DNA of 64,000 bases. Origin: Candidatus Omnitrophota bacterium (GTDB lineage Bacteria; Omnitrophota; Omnitrophia; Omnitrophales; JACROU01). A program made the translations under genes and the position numbers. This document shows positions 39,632 to 48,600 of the stretch, one piece after another. The notes beneath the pieces are model-generated. The model ran no database searches. It saw nothing but the letters and a program-made list of their open reading frames with translations, and was not told where the DNA came from. The stretch covers positions 91,516-155,515 of the forward strand of contig JAJDCD010000005.1 in the NCBI GenBank assembly GCA_029261035.1, read 5' to 3'. Numbering within the stretch: position 1 is the stretch's first letter; each line of letters begins with the position of its first letter.

Positions 39632-42600
39632 ATGACGCTTTTGATACGTTTTAAGCAGGCCGTAACCTATTTTGTTTTAGTTTCATTTTTCTTCTCATTT
39701 CTTCCAACAAATTCTTATGCAGATGGTGCAACCATTGGTACAATAAACAGCCTTATGACCACCAATCAATCTATGACACCAACACAACTCAAATTAAGCG
39801 AAGTAGCCATCCCTAATAAGATAGGTGTTATTGAATATACCTTCAAGGGGAACTCTGCGCCTTTATTTTATATTCAGGATGCTCATAATTCATTAGAAGC
39901 TCAAAAAAACATAGCGGCTTTAATTAGTCTTTTGGTGCAAGAGTACGGTGTTAAGACTGTTTTGGTTGAGGGAGTTGAAGGTAAGGTAAATCTGGACACT
40001 TATTTTCAATTTTCAGATTCTAATGTTAAGGAAAAAGTTTCAGACTATTTTCTGGAACACCTTCGTCTGAGCGGAGCTCAATATGCTCATATTAATCGAA
40101 CCCAAGATTTTGATCTTATTGGAATTGATCATTTTAAAACATATAAGAAAAATCTTTCAGCCTATGAAAAAGCTGCAAAAAACCGAGAAGTCATTCAGCA
40201 AGACTTGGCTCGAATTTCTAAAGTTCTTAAGTCTTTAGGGGATCGTTTCTATTCTAAAGAAATTAAGGAATGGTTAAAGTTAAAGTTAAGAGTGGAAGAT
40301 AAAAAGCTTTCGATGGGGGATTACCTGTTTCGTTCGATGAAAATGGGCGATTTTCAATTAGAACAATTTCCAAATTTGAAATTAATTTCAACATACCTCA
40401 AACAAGATCAATTATCTAAAGAAGAAGCAAGCCTTTTAGACAAACAATTGAAACAATTGGATTCGGATGTTTTTTTTAATGAATTGAATCAATTTGAAGA
40501 GGCTTTAATTAATCAGTTTTTGACGGACGCTACAGCTAAACAAGTATTAAGATATCAACGTATCGTTGATTTGTTAAATAAACTGAACCTGATTTCAGTA
40601 ACACCGGAAGAGTATTTATTGTTGAAAGAAGAGTTGAAAGAATTTAACTCTGAAGTTCTGGCTAAATTTTTAGCTGCCCATTTAAAGAAAACAATTTTAG
40701 TAAAAAAAGAATGGGAAAAGCTAATCAAGAACTCCCTTGAGTTTTATGAGTTGGCTCGCGAAAGGGATGTTTTCTTCAAAAGACAACTTGAAGCAATTAA
40801 CACCCCTTCAATTTTGGTTACAGGAGGTTTTCATAAAGAGCCTGTGACTAACTTCTTGAAAAAGAATAAAATTTCTCATGCTGTTTTGGCACCTCAAATT
40901 AGTCGTATCAATAAGAAGTATCAAGAACGATATGATTTCTTAATGTCTGGTCAGTATTATGACTTTGAAACATCTTTTATCAAACAAGACCCTGCCGTAC
41001 AAGCAGCTCAGCAGCAAACCTTAGCTTCATTTGCTCGAGATGGGCGGAATGTTCAAGGGATTGTGAATGAAGCGATTATTCAGTTGTTTCCTAATTCCCA
41101 AGAGGCTCGTGCTGCTAGTTTAGGAAATGATAATGCTCTAAAAATTGAACAAGCTTTGAGTCAGGGAGATATTACAACCGGAACCATGCAGTATCTTTAT
41201 GAGTGGTTGAAGCTTCCTGGAGACTTAACTATTCAAGGGACAAATGTATTAGCACGTATTCAGACATTGATAGATGGTAAAAATTGGAAAGAGCTTAATG
41301 ATGCTTTTTTTCAAGAAGTAAAACCAGGAACGGCAGGTGTTCGTGGAGAGTTGGGGATCGGAAGTAATCGAATTAATGTGGTAACCATTGGTAAGTTTGT
41401 AGAAGGTCATGCTCGCCACTTGGAAGCTGTGTGGGCTGGTAAGGTTGAAGGAAAAGAGATTGATACAAACAAGACAGAAAAGGCTGTAATTTTAGCTTAT
41501 GATCCTAGAGAAGGTTCTTATGACGCCCAAGCTAAAGGGCCAGGTTATTTAGTTAAAATGGCTGCTGCCATTTATGCAGCGCATGGATTTAAAGTTTACG
41601 TGTTTGATGGTCCTGCACCAACGCCAGAGTTGTCCTTTGCAGTTCAAAAGCTGGGGGCATTAGCAGGTGCTGTATTTACAGCAAGCCATAATCCTAAAAC
41701 GGATAATGGGTTTAAACCTTATGACGAAACAGGTCAGCAACTTTTAGGCCCAGATGCTGAAGGTCTAAATCAATATGTGGCTGAGATAAAACAGTTTTCT
41801 GATGTGAAAAAAGCATCTTATGATGAAGCTCTTGAGAAAGGGCAGGTTGAAATTGTAGGGCCTACCATTGATGAACAATATGTAAGTGAGTTGCTTCAGT
41901 ATGGTGTGCACATTAAAGCTGATGGTAAATATGACCTAGAACACATTAATACAGATATTACTGTTGGATTTTCTCCTTTGCATGGTACAGCGGGAAGAAC
42001 AGTTCCTGCTTTATTAGCAGAAAGAGGAATTTCTGCAGAAAATATTTTTAATGTTGAAAGCCAATTAAAACCTGATGGAACATTTCCAACAGCAGCAAAG
42101 CCCAATCCAGAAGAGGATGCGGCGTTAGATTTGTTAAAACAATTGGCAGTTGAAAAGAAAGTTGATGTAGCAGCAGCCAACGATCCTGATGCAGATAGGG
42201 TTGCTGTTTTGGTTCCAACCAGTGATGCTAAAGAAGAGTATTTTCTTCTAAACGGGAATCTACAAATGGCAGTGATTGCGGATTATTTACTGAACCAACT
42301 TTCTAAAAAAGGAACTTTACCTAAAAATTCTGTTTTTTGGAAATCTTTGGTGAGCTCAGATCTTATGATGAAAATAGCAGAAGCTTTTGATATTCCAACT
42401 GTAGAATCCCGAGTTGGTTTTAAATTTGCCGGGGATAAAATGAAGGAATACGAAAAACTAGCCGTTGCTCAATTGTTATTAAATGATGAAGAAGAATTTG
42501 TTGCTATTAAAACAAAAGTTGAAAACGACGGGTACAAGAGTCTAAATCGATCCGAAAGAGAATTGATTCTTTCTCGTTTCTCTCAAGTTCTATTGTTTGG

Positions 42601-45355
42601 TGGAGAAGAATCTTATGGGGCTAATCGTGGGGATATTGTTCGAGATAAAGATGGTCCTGCTATGATTGATATGTTTGTTGAAATTGTTGGACGGTATAAA
42701 AAACAAGGAACAACTGTTTATGATCGTCTTTTTGGAGCTAAAGGCATTTTTGATACCTATGGGTATTATCGTGAAACTTTAGGTTCTTACAAGACGCAAG
42801 GAGCTGAAGGAAATGCAATTAAACAAGCGATTATGACAGAGTTTGCATCCAATCCTCCAGCAGAAGTTGCGGGAAAGAAAGTTGTGGCTGTGTTAGATTT
42901 TGCAGAGCAGACAGCTAAATTACCTAAAGGAACACTTCTTTTTGATGGGGAATATAAAAGCGAAACTACTCCAGGTAAGTTTGAACTTGAAAATGAGTAT
43001 GAAGTACATACGTTTAATGACTTGAATGGTAAAAATGTGGGGAGAGAAGGATTTGTGGAGTTGATTTTTGAAGATGGTTCCCGTGTCATTGTAAGACCTT
43101 CAGGGACAGAACCAAAAATTAAATTTTATGCCCTTGGAAGAGGAGAATATTCTGATCGTGAGGCAGTTGATGTATTTATCTCTGCCGCACAAACGGAATT
43201 AGCAGAAATTGCAACCAAAGTTGCAGATAGTTTTAATGCGGCTTCTCTAGGAGCGTATTCGGAAGCTGAATTGGAAAAAGGGAAGGCTTATTATGAAGGA
43301 AGGTTGGATACAACCCCTATTTCTCGACCATGGAGACCTAGCATTGATGCTGACGTTGATGCTATCTTTAAGATGGATACTGCTGAAAGGTTAGAATACA
43401 TTGCTTTGGCGGTTGAATCTCTCATTAAGGGGAAGGGTGTTATAGGAACTCTTGCTGCAGGTGCTAGTTCTCGTATGCCAACTTCTGAGGCTCCTGAAGA
43501 AGTTAAAGAATTGATTCAAGGTAGGGAGATTAAGTCTAAAGCTGCTGTTCCAGTAGGTGTTCTTGATGGACAGGTTTATACTTTTTTAGGAGCTTTCCTA
43601 AAAAATATTGAGCGTCTTCAAAATCAAATTTCTGATTTAGCACGTTCTGATGTTAGACCTTCTGTTTTGATTTTATCTAATCAAGATTATAGGGAAGAGC
43701 TTCAGACGGAGTTGGATAGAGAAAGTCGTTATGGTTTAGATGAGAGTCAATTTGTGGTTTTTAATCAGGAGTTAGGCAACCAATATGTTGCTACTCCAGA
43801 GCATGTCAGAAATCTATATGAATCTGGAAAAATTGATAAAGCTAGATACGATCAAGCAATAGAAATTTCTGAGAATGTTCAAAAGAGATTGTCTGATGGC
43901 AGTATTGAGGCGGTAATTTTGGAGGGGGAACAAACTCCTTTAGGTCATGGTGAGTTTTTTCATCAATTAATTTCTAGCGGGACATTTTTGCAGCTCGTAG
44001 ATAAAGGGCATGAATGGATAAGTGTTCGTAATATTGATAATGCAGCGGCCACTTTTGATGAAGACTGGCTAGTTACTTTGGGTCTTTTTATAAAAAAAGG
44101 ATTGGCGATGCAGCCTGAGGTATCTCCGCGAAGCCCAGGACAAAAAGGTGGAAGTTTGATTGTTACTACAGATAACGGAAATCATCGATTGGCTGAAGAT
44201 CCTGAGATTGCTGCAAAGGGCTCAGAAACCAATTTGCAAAAGGATTATATTGGAGAGACTTCTTATTGGTTTAATGATGCTGTTGCGATTATTGGAACTC
44301 AATTTGTTGTTGATATTTATAAATCTCCTAACCAGTCTAGTGAGGAATTTCTAAATGAACTTCGTGCTAACGCAGAAAACCCAACTGTGCTTGAAGCAAT
44401 AGCTGAAAGAGGGAGAAGTAAATTTCCAACGCTCATGGACCCTAAACCAGCGAAAGAAAGTGACGCAATATCACTAAAGATTGAAACGAATATGTGGCAG
44501 TCTACAGGTGTTGGTAGTGGTGCTGTTAGAGTAGAAGCTGTTGGAGTAACTGCAGTAAAGAATATAGAGCAAGGTTTTGCTGATTTGCCTCTTGAAGATC
44601 AGCGGCAGAAGGTTAGAGAATTAAGAATGTTAGCAACAAAGCAATGGGGGAATCCGGAAGATCCTCAAGTTGAAACTTATTATGGAAATAAGCCTTACAT
44701 AGAACTAATTTTGGAACACATTGCAACTTCTCAATTTATTCCAGAAGGTTTAGATCTGTCAAAAGCTTCAAGTTTGGGTGTGATGACCAAGGAAAAAAGA
44801 CTATCATTACTGGAGTCAGCATTTAATGATTATGCTGCTCTCTTGGATCAACCAGCACCGGTTGTTCTTTCGTTAGACGATGTGCTTAACTTTTCAGATA
44901 CGGTGGCTAAAGAGGTTCAAGTTCTTCTCTTAGAAGGAAAGATAAAGGTTCTTTTAACAGGGGTGACTGATCGCTCATTAGTTCCAGATGTTTTTAATCA
45001 GGAATCTCAAAATGTAGAAATTATTTCAGATGCTATTAGCGCAAACGATGTATCTAAATACAGTGGTTTCTTAGGAAAGGGAAAAGTGGTTCACTTATCT
45101 CAATCTTTAGATTCTCCTGAAACGATAGCCTCTCGTTTGGGTGACGCAAAAGACCGCTTTGTTTTCGTGAAACAACCAGAAAAACAAAACGGAGTATTAA
45201 GCGCCGCGCTTCTTTTCGCATCAGGTTCTATTGAATACAAAGAAGCATTCAGACAAGACGCTTCTGGTTTCTACGTTCCAACAGCCATAGGTCGTCTCAT
45301 GATGAATTTATTCCAAGAATATGTAGCGCAAACGATTATCGAGTCTGCAGCCTAA
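39632..45355 (+). CDS. Giant modular protein 2 (1907 aa): signal peptide, QDAH domain, phosphoglucomutase/phosphomannomutase, UDP-sugar pyrophosphorylase-like domain, C-terminal domain
   Basis: PGM motifs TASHNP, DPDADR, GEES and RPSGTEPKIKFY. UDPGP-family motifs LAAGASSRM, PLGHGE, RNIDN and KGG. Linkers AASLG, AASLG and ASSLG. Confidence 0.9.
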   Translation: MTLLIRFKQAVTYFVLVSFFFSFLPTNSYADGATIGTINSLMTTNQSMTPTQLKLSEVAIPNKIGVIEYTFKGNSAPLFYIQDAHNSLEAQKNIAALISLLVQEYGVKTVLVEGVEGKVNLDTYFQFSDSNVKEKVSDYFLEHLRLSGAQYAHINRTQDFDLIGIDHFKTYKKNLSAYEKAAKNREVIQQDLARISKVLKSLGDRFYSKEIKEWLKLKLRVEDKKLSMGDYLFRSMKMGDFQLEQFPNLKLISTYLKQDQLSKEEASLLDKQLKQLDSDVFFNELNQFEEALINQFLTDATAKQVLRYQRIVDLLNKLNLISVTPEEYLLLKEELKEFNSEVLAKFLAAHLKKTILVKKEWEKLIKNSLEFYELARERDVFFKRQLEAINTPSILVTGGFHKEPVTNFLKKNKISHAVLAPQISRINKKYQERYDFLMSGQYYDFETSFIKQDPAVQAAQQQTLASFARDGRNVQGIVNEAIIQLFPNSQEARAASLGNDNALKIEQALSQGDITTGTMQYLYEWLKLPGDLTIQGTNVLARIQTLIDGKNWKELNDAFFQEVKPGTAGVRGELGIGSNRINVVTIGKFVEGHARHLEAVWAGKVEGKEIDTNKTEKAVILAYDPREGSYDAQAKGPGYLVKMAAAIYAAHGFKVYVFDGPAPTPELSFAVQKLGALAGAVFTASHNPKTDNGFKPYDETGQQLLGPDAEGLNQYVAEIKQFSDVKKASYDEALEKGQVEIVGPTIDEQYVSELLQYGVHIKADGKYDLEHINTDITVGFSPLHGTAGRTVPALLAERGISAENIFNVESQLKPDGTFPTAAKPNPEEDAALDLLKQLAVEKKVDVAAANDPDADRVAVLVPTSDAKEEYFLLNGNLQMAVIADYLLNQLSKKGTLPKNSVFWKSLVSSDLMMKIAEAFDIPTVESRVGFKFAGDKMKEYEKLAVAQLLLNDEEEFVAIKTKVENDGYKSLNRSERELILSRFSQVLLFGGEESYGANRGDIVRDKDGPAMIDMFVEIVGRYKKQGTTVYDRLFGAKGIFDTYGYYRETLGSYKTQGAEGNAIKQAIMTEFASNPPAEVAGKKVVAVLDFAEQTAKLPKGTLLFDGEYKSETTPGKFELENEYEVHTFNDLNGKNVGREGFVELIFEDGSRVIVRPSGTEPKIKFYALGRGEYSDREAVDVFISAAQTELAEIATKVADSFNAASLGAYSEAELEKGKAYYEGRLDTTPISRPWRPSIDADVDAIFKMDTAERLEYIALAVESLIKGKGVIGTLAAGASSRMPTSEAPEEVKELIQGREIKSKAAVPVGVLDGQVYTFLGAFLKNIERLQNQISDLARSDVRPSVLILSNQDYREELQTELDRESRYGLDESQFVVFNQELGNQYVATPEHVRNLYESGKIDKARYDQAIEISENVQKRLSDGSIEAVILEGEQTPLGHGEFFHQLISSGTFLQLVDKGHEWISVRNIDNAAATFDEDWLVTLGLFIKKGLAMQPEVSPRSPGQKGGSLIVTTDNGNHRLAEDPEIAAKGSETNLQKDYIGETSYWFNDAVAIIGTQFVVDIYKSPNQSSEEFLNELRANAENPTVLEAIAERGRSKFPTLMDPKPAKESDAISLKIETNMWQSTGVGSGAVRVEAVGVTAVKNIEQGFADLPLEDQRQKVRELRMLATKQWGNPEDPQVETYYGNKPYIELILEHIATSQFIPEGLDLSKASSLGVMTKEKRLSLLESAFNDYAALLDQPAPVVLSLDDVLNFSDTVAKEVQVLLLEGKIKVLLTGVTDRSLVPDVFNQESQNVEIISDAISANDVSKYSGFLGKGKVVHLSQSLDSPETIASRLGDAKDRFVFVKQPEKQNGVLSAALLFASGSIEYKEAFRQDASGFYVPTAIGRLMMNLFQEYVAQTIIESAA

Positions 45356-45375
45356 TCTCGATTTCGTTCAAAATG

Positions 45376-45406
45376 GGCCAGGTCCTTCGGGAGCCTGGCC
45401 TTTTTT
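45376..45406 (+). terminator. Rho-independent terminator after giant gene 2
   Basis: ggccagg-tccttcgggag-cctggcc followed by tttttt. Confidence 0.8.
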
Positions 45407-45442
45407 GTCTCCACCTCATTCCACATCATCCCTTTTATCCTC

Positions 45443-45494
45443 AAAACAGGCCCGGGCCTCTTTTTTGCGAAAAAAGCAGGCCCGGGCCTGTTTT
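45443..45494. repeat. REP-like palindrome between giant genes, copy 2
   Basis: aaaacaggcccgggcct-cttttttgcgaaaaaagc-aggcccgggcctgtttt. Confidence 0.85.
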
Positions 45495-45669
45495 AAGAAT
45501 TTTGAGAAAAAACTCTGTAACTTGTTTATTTTCAAAGGTTTAAAAATTAGCTCTTTAGTTGCAATTCTTTTATAATAGGGTACACTTCTACCTTATTCTT
45601 AGGTAATTCCTTTGTTGTAACTTTAGGTTCTGGAGACTTAAATCAAGGGAGTTCTATACCCTGAATAAA

Positions 45670-48600
45670 GTGTCTTTTAGAAAGGTTTTTGCTTATTTAA
45701 TGGGATTTTTGTTGGCACAAAAATATAGGTGTTTAGTAAGGTTTATATCCATAAACTTGGCTTTTATCTTTTTGTTGAATACGGTTGTTGAAGCAGCTCC
45801 GTTGATGCAACATGTGATGACTCCGTCTGTCTTATCCCAATCTGCTATTAATTCTTTTTCTCAACCTCCTTATCTTCCTTTAAGCCCAATTCAAATCAAT
45901 TCCCAGATAGGTTCTGTTCAAGAGAGCTATTTACCCGTAACAAAAAAAGATTCTCCACAAGTTTACTTAATTCAAGATGCTCATGAGAGTTTGGATGCTC
46001 AAGAGAATATTAAGAATATTTTAGAAAAACTTGTTCTAGAGGAAGGTGTGGATACCCTTCTTTTTGAAGGTGGAAGTCTTGATTTTAATTCAAGTATTTA
46101 TCAATTCTCTTCTGATATGGAAATAAATCATCGAATGTGGAAAGAGTTGTTTCGTCAAGGGCACTTGAGCGGGGTGGAGCTTTTTGCTTTAAATCAAAGT
46201 GGTTCCGTTCGATTGAAAGGAATTGAAGATGAATCTATTTATTTTAAAAATCTCAAAACAATTTTAGATACAAATCGACTTTATAAAAAATCTCAAGATG
46301 AGATATTGAGAATAGATCAGCAATATACAATAAAGAAACAAAAAACTTTTTCTGAGCCTTTAAGAAAATTAATAAAAGAAAGAGATGATTTTAGAAAAAA
46401 CAAAAACAATTTTAATCCATATATGCTCTTTTTGATGAAAGAAGCTAAAAAGCGTATAAACCTGGATTTGTCTCAAGCTAAATACCAAAAGCAATACCCT
46501 CAACTTGTGCGTTATTCGAAAATTTCTCAATTTGAAAAAAAGATAAAAGAAAATAGGGATGAAGTGGAGAAGCAACGTATAGAGCTTTTAGAGTTAACTC
46601 AGAATAAGGTGGCTAAGAGTTTGACTAAAGAAAGCTTTCTATTTCTTTTTAATCCAGAGCAACATTATTTAGCTCGAGATCAGTTGCGTTGGTATTTTGA
46701 GTCTTGGTGCGAATGGGCTCAGGCAGAAAATATTGATGTTCAGTTGTACTCTCATTTTATAAATTGGATGGCTTATCATATTCTTAAAAATGAAATGAAA
46801 GGCCCTCAGCTTTTTGATGAATTACAGACTATTGAAATCTTGTTGTTGAAGAATTTGAATCTATCAGAAGAAGAACGGAAGTTGTTGGCCGAAGAGGATG
46901 GGTGGAATTTATGGAATAAGCTCGTTTCTTTAAAGCTCACAAGAGAGGAGTATGAGCGACTTAGAGATACAAATCCTAAGAATGATTTAAAGGGTTTGAA
47001 TTTGTTAACCCAAAAAGCCCTTGAAAACTATGAATGGGTGATCAAAAGAGATGCTGTTTTGTCAGAAAAAGCAATTGAAGCAATAAATTTAAGTAAGTCT
47101 AGTCGAGTTGCTGTCGTTACGGGGGGGTTCCATTCTTACTTTTTAACCCAGAAACTTAAAGAAGAAAAAAAGAGTTATGTTTTAATTGCACCCCGTATTT
47201 CCCAATTAGAGCGTTCTTTGAATTATAAGGATCGAATTCAACAATTATTTTCTTCGACAACAGCATTGGATATTCCAGGAGCTCTTTTGAGCGATCTCTC
47301 CAAACAACGTTTGCTTGTAGCTGCAAGATCTTTGGGAATCCAAGGGGCTAAGAAAAAGGATCTTCCAAGAAAGAGTGGGGCTCAGAGAGAAGATGAAATT
47401 TTTAGAACTCATATTTCTGTGCCTATGCCAGAAATAGAACAGATGCTTTCCTTTCCAGGAAGAATCCAACCATCAATGCAAAATGCTTTGAATGAAACAA
47501 TCAAGCTGATTGTAACGCTGTTTGAAGATGCTTTAATTTCTGTTAATAGAAATGAAGTAGAAAATTTAAAGCGATTTCAAAAATACCCAGGAGGAATTTT
47601 TTATAATCATTTAACGGATGAGCTTAGAGGTGCTATTTCAAATTCTTTGGACTCAACTTTGGAGCGCTATCGACGAGAGGGTATTAGTAGGGAGTTTATT
47701 CATATTGTATTTCGAGTTTATAAGGACCAAGAAAGTAATTATTTTATTGATGTTATTGACGAAGGTGTTGGGGAAACAGCAATTAACAAGACGAATGTTA
47801 AACGTTATTCCGGAGAACGGTATTTAGGAAAGAGAGGAGTTGATCGAGGGAAATCTCTAGAAAGTCAAGTGATGGGTGTTTTTGATGCTCAGCTTTTTGA
47901 ACGAGAAGATGCTCAAGGTGCTGTTTTAGAAATAAAACTCAGCCAGAGAAAAGTCCTTAATCATTTTAAGGAATCAATGGAGGGTTTAAACCTTAGAAGG
48001 GTTAGTAAATACATGGATTCGTATGGGCAGAGTTTGGGTAGGACTAAAGAAGCTTACAATATGCGAATAAATGGTAACCAAGTAAATATACTTGACGCCA
48101 TGATGGAAGGAGAGTTTAAAACAACTTGGCTCACAAGTTTTAAACCTGAAGCATTGCCTAAACTAAAATTACCAGATAAAAAAGAATCGTATTCATTAGA
48201 TGAGGCTTTTATTGTTTTTAGGCAATTAAAGGGAAGTCGATCGTTAACTAAATCTGCATTTAGTGCATGGGTAAAAAAGGTTTTGAGTCGTAGAGCGAGT
48301 TCAAGGATATCTAGAGAATTGCTATCTAATTTGGTGAATACGTTTAGTCTTAGTGAAGCCCGTACTCATTTAGGTGGAGATATGGTAACTGTAAGAGAAA
48401 AAGCTAAGAAAGCAGGTGCTATTTCTGTAGAACATCGCATGTTTATTTCAAGGGATTGGGTTGATCGACAAAGAATTTATCGCTATCAATTGGTTCCGGT
48501 TCATTTGCTAGCAAAAGTAATGGGTGTGAGTAAGAAAGTTCTATTATCTTATTTGGAAGAGCCTAAGAAAAGATTCGGGGACTACTTGTGGGAAGAAGAC

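Noticed and set aside
41126-44764. Giant gene 2 as an assembly chimera or read-through of separate pgm and ugp genes
   Set aside because: The frame is continuous with no stop codons, the same linker sits at all three junctions, and the flanking architecture matches the neighbouring paralogs. Read mapping would be the final check.
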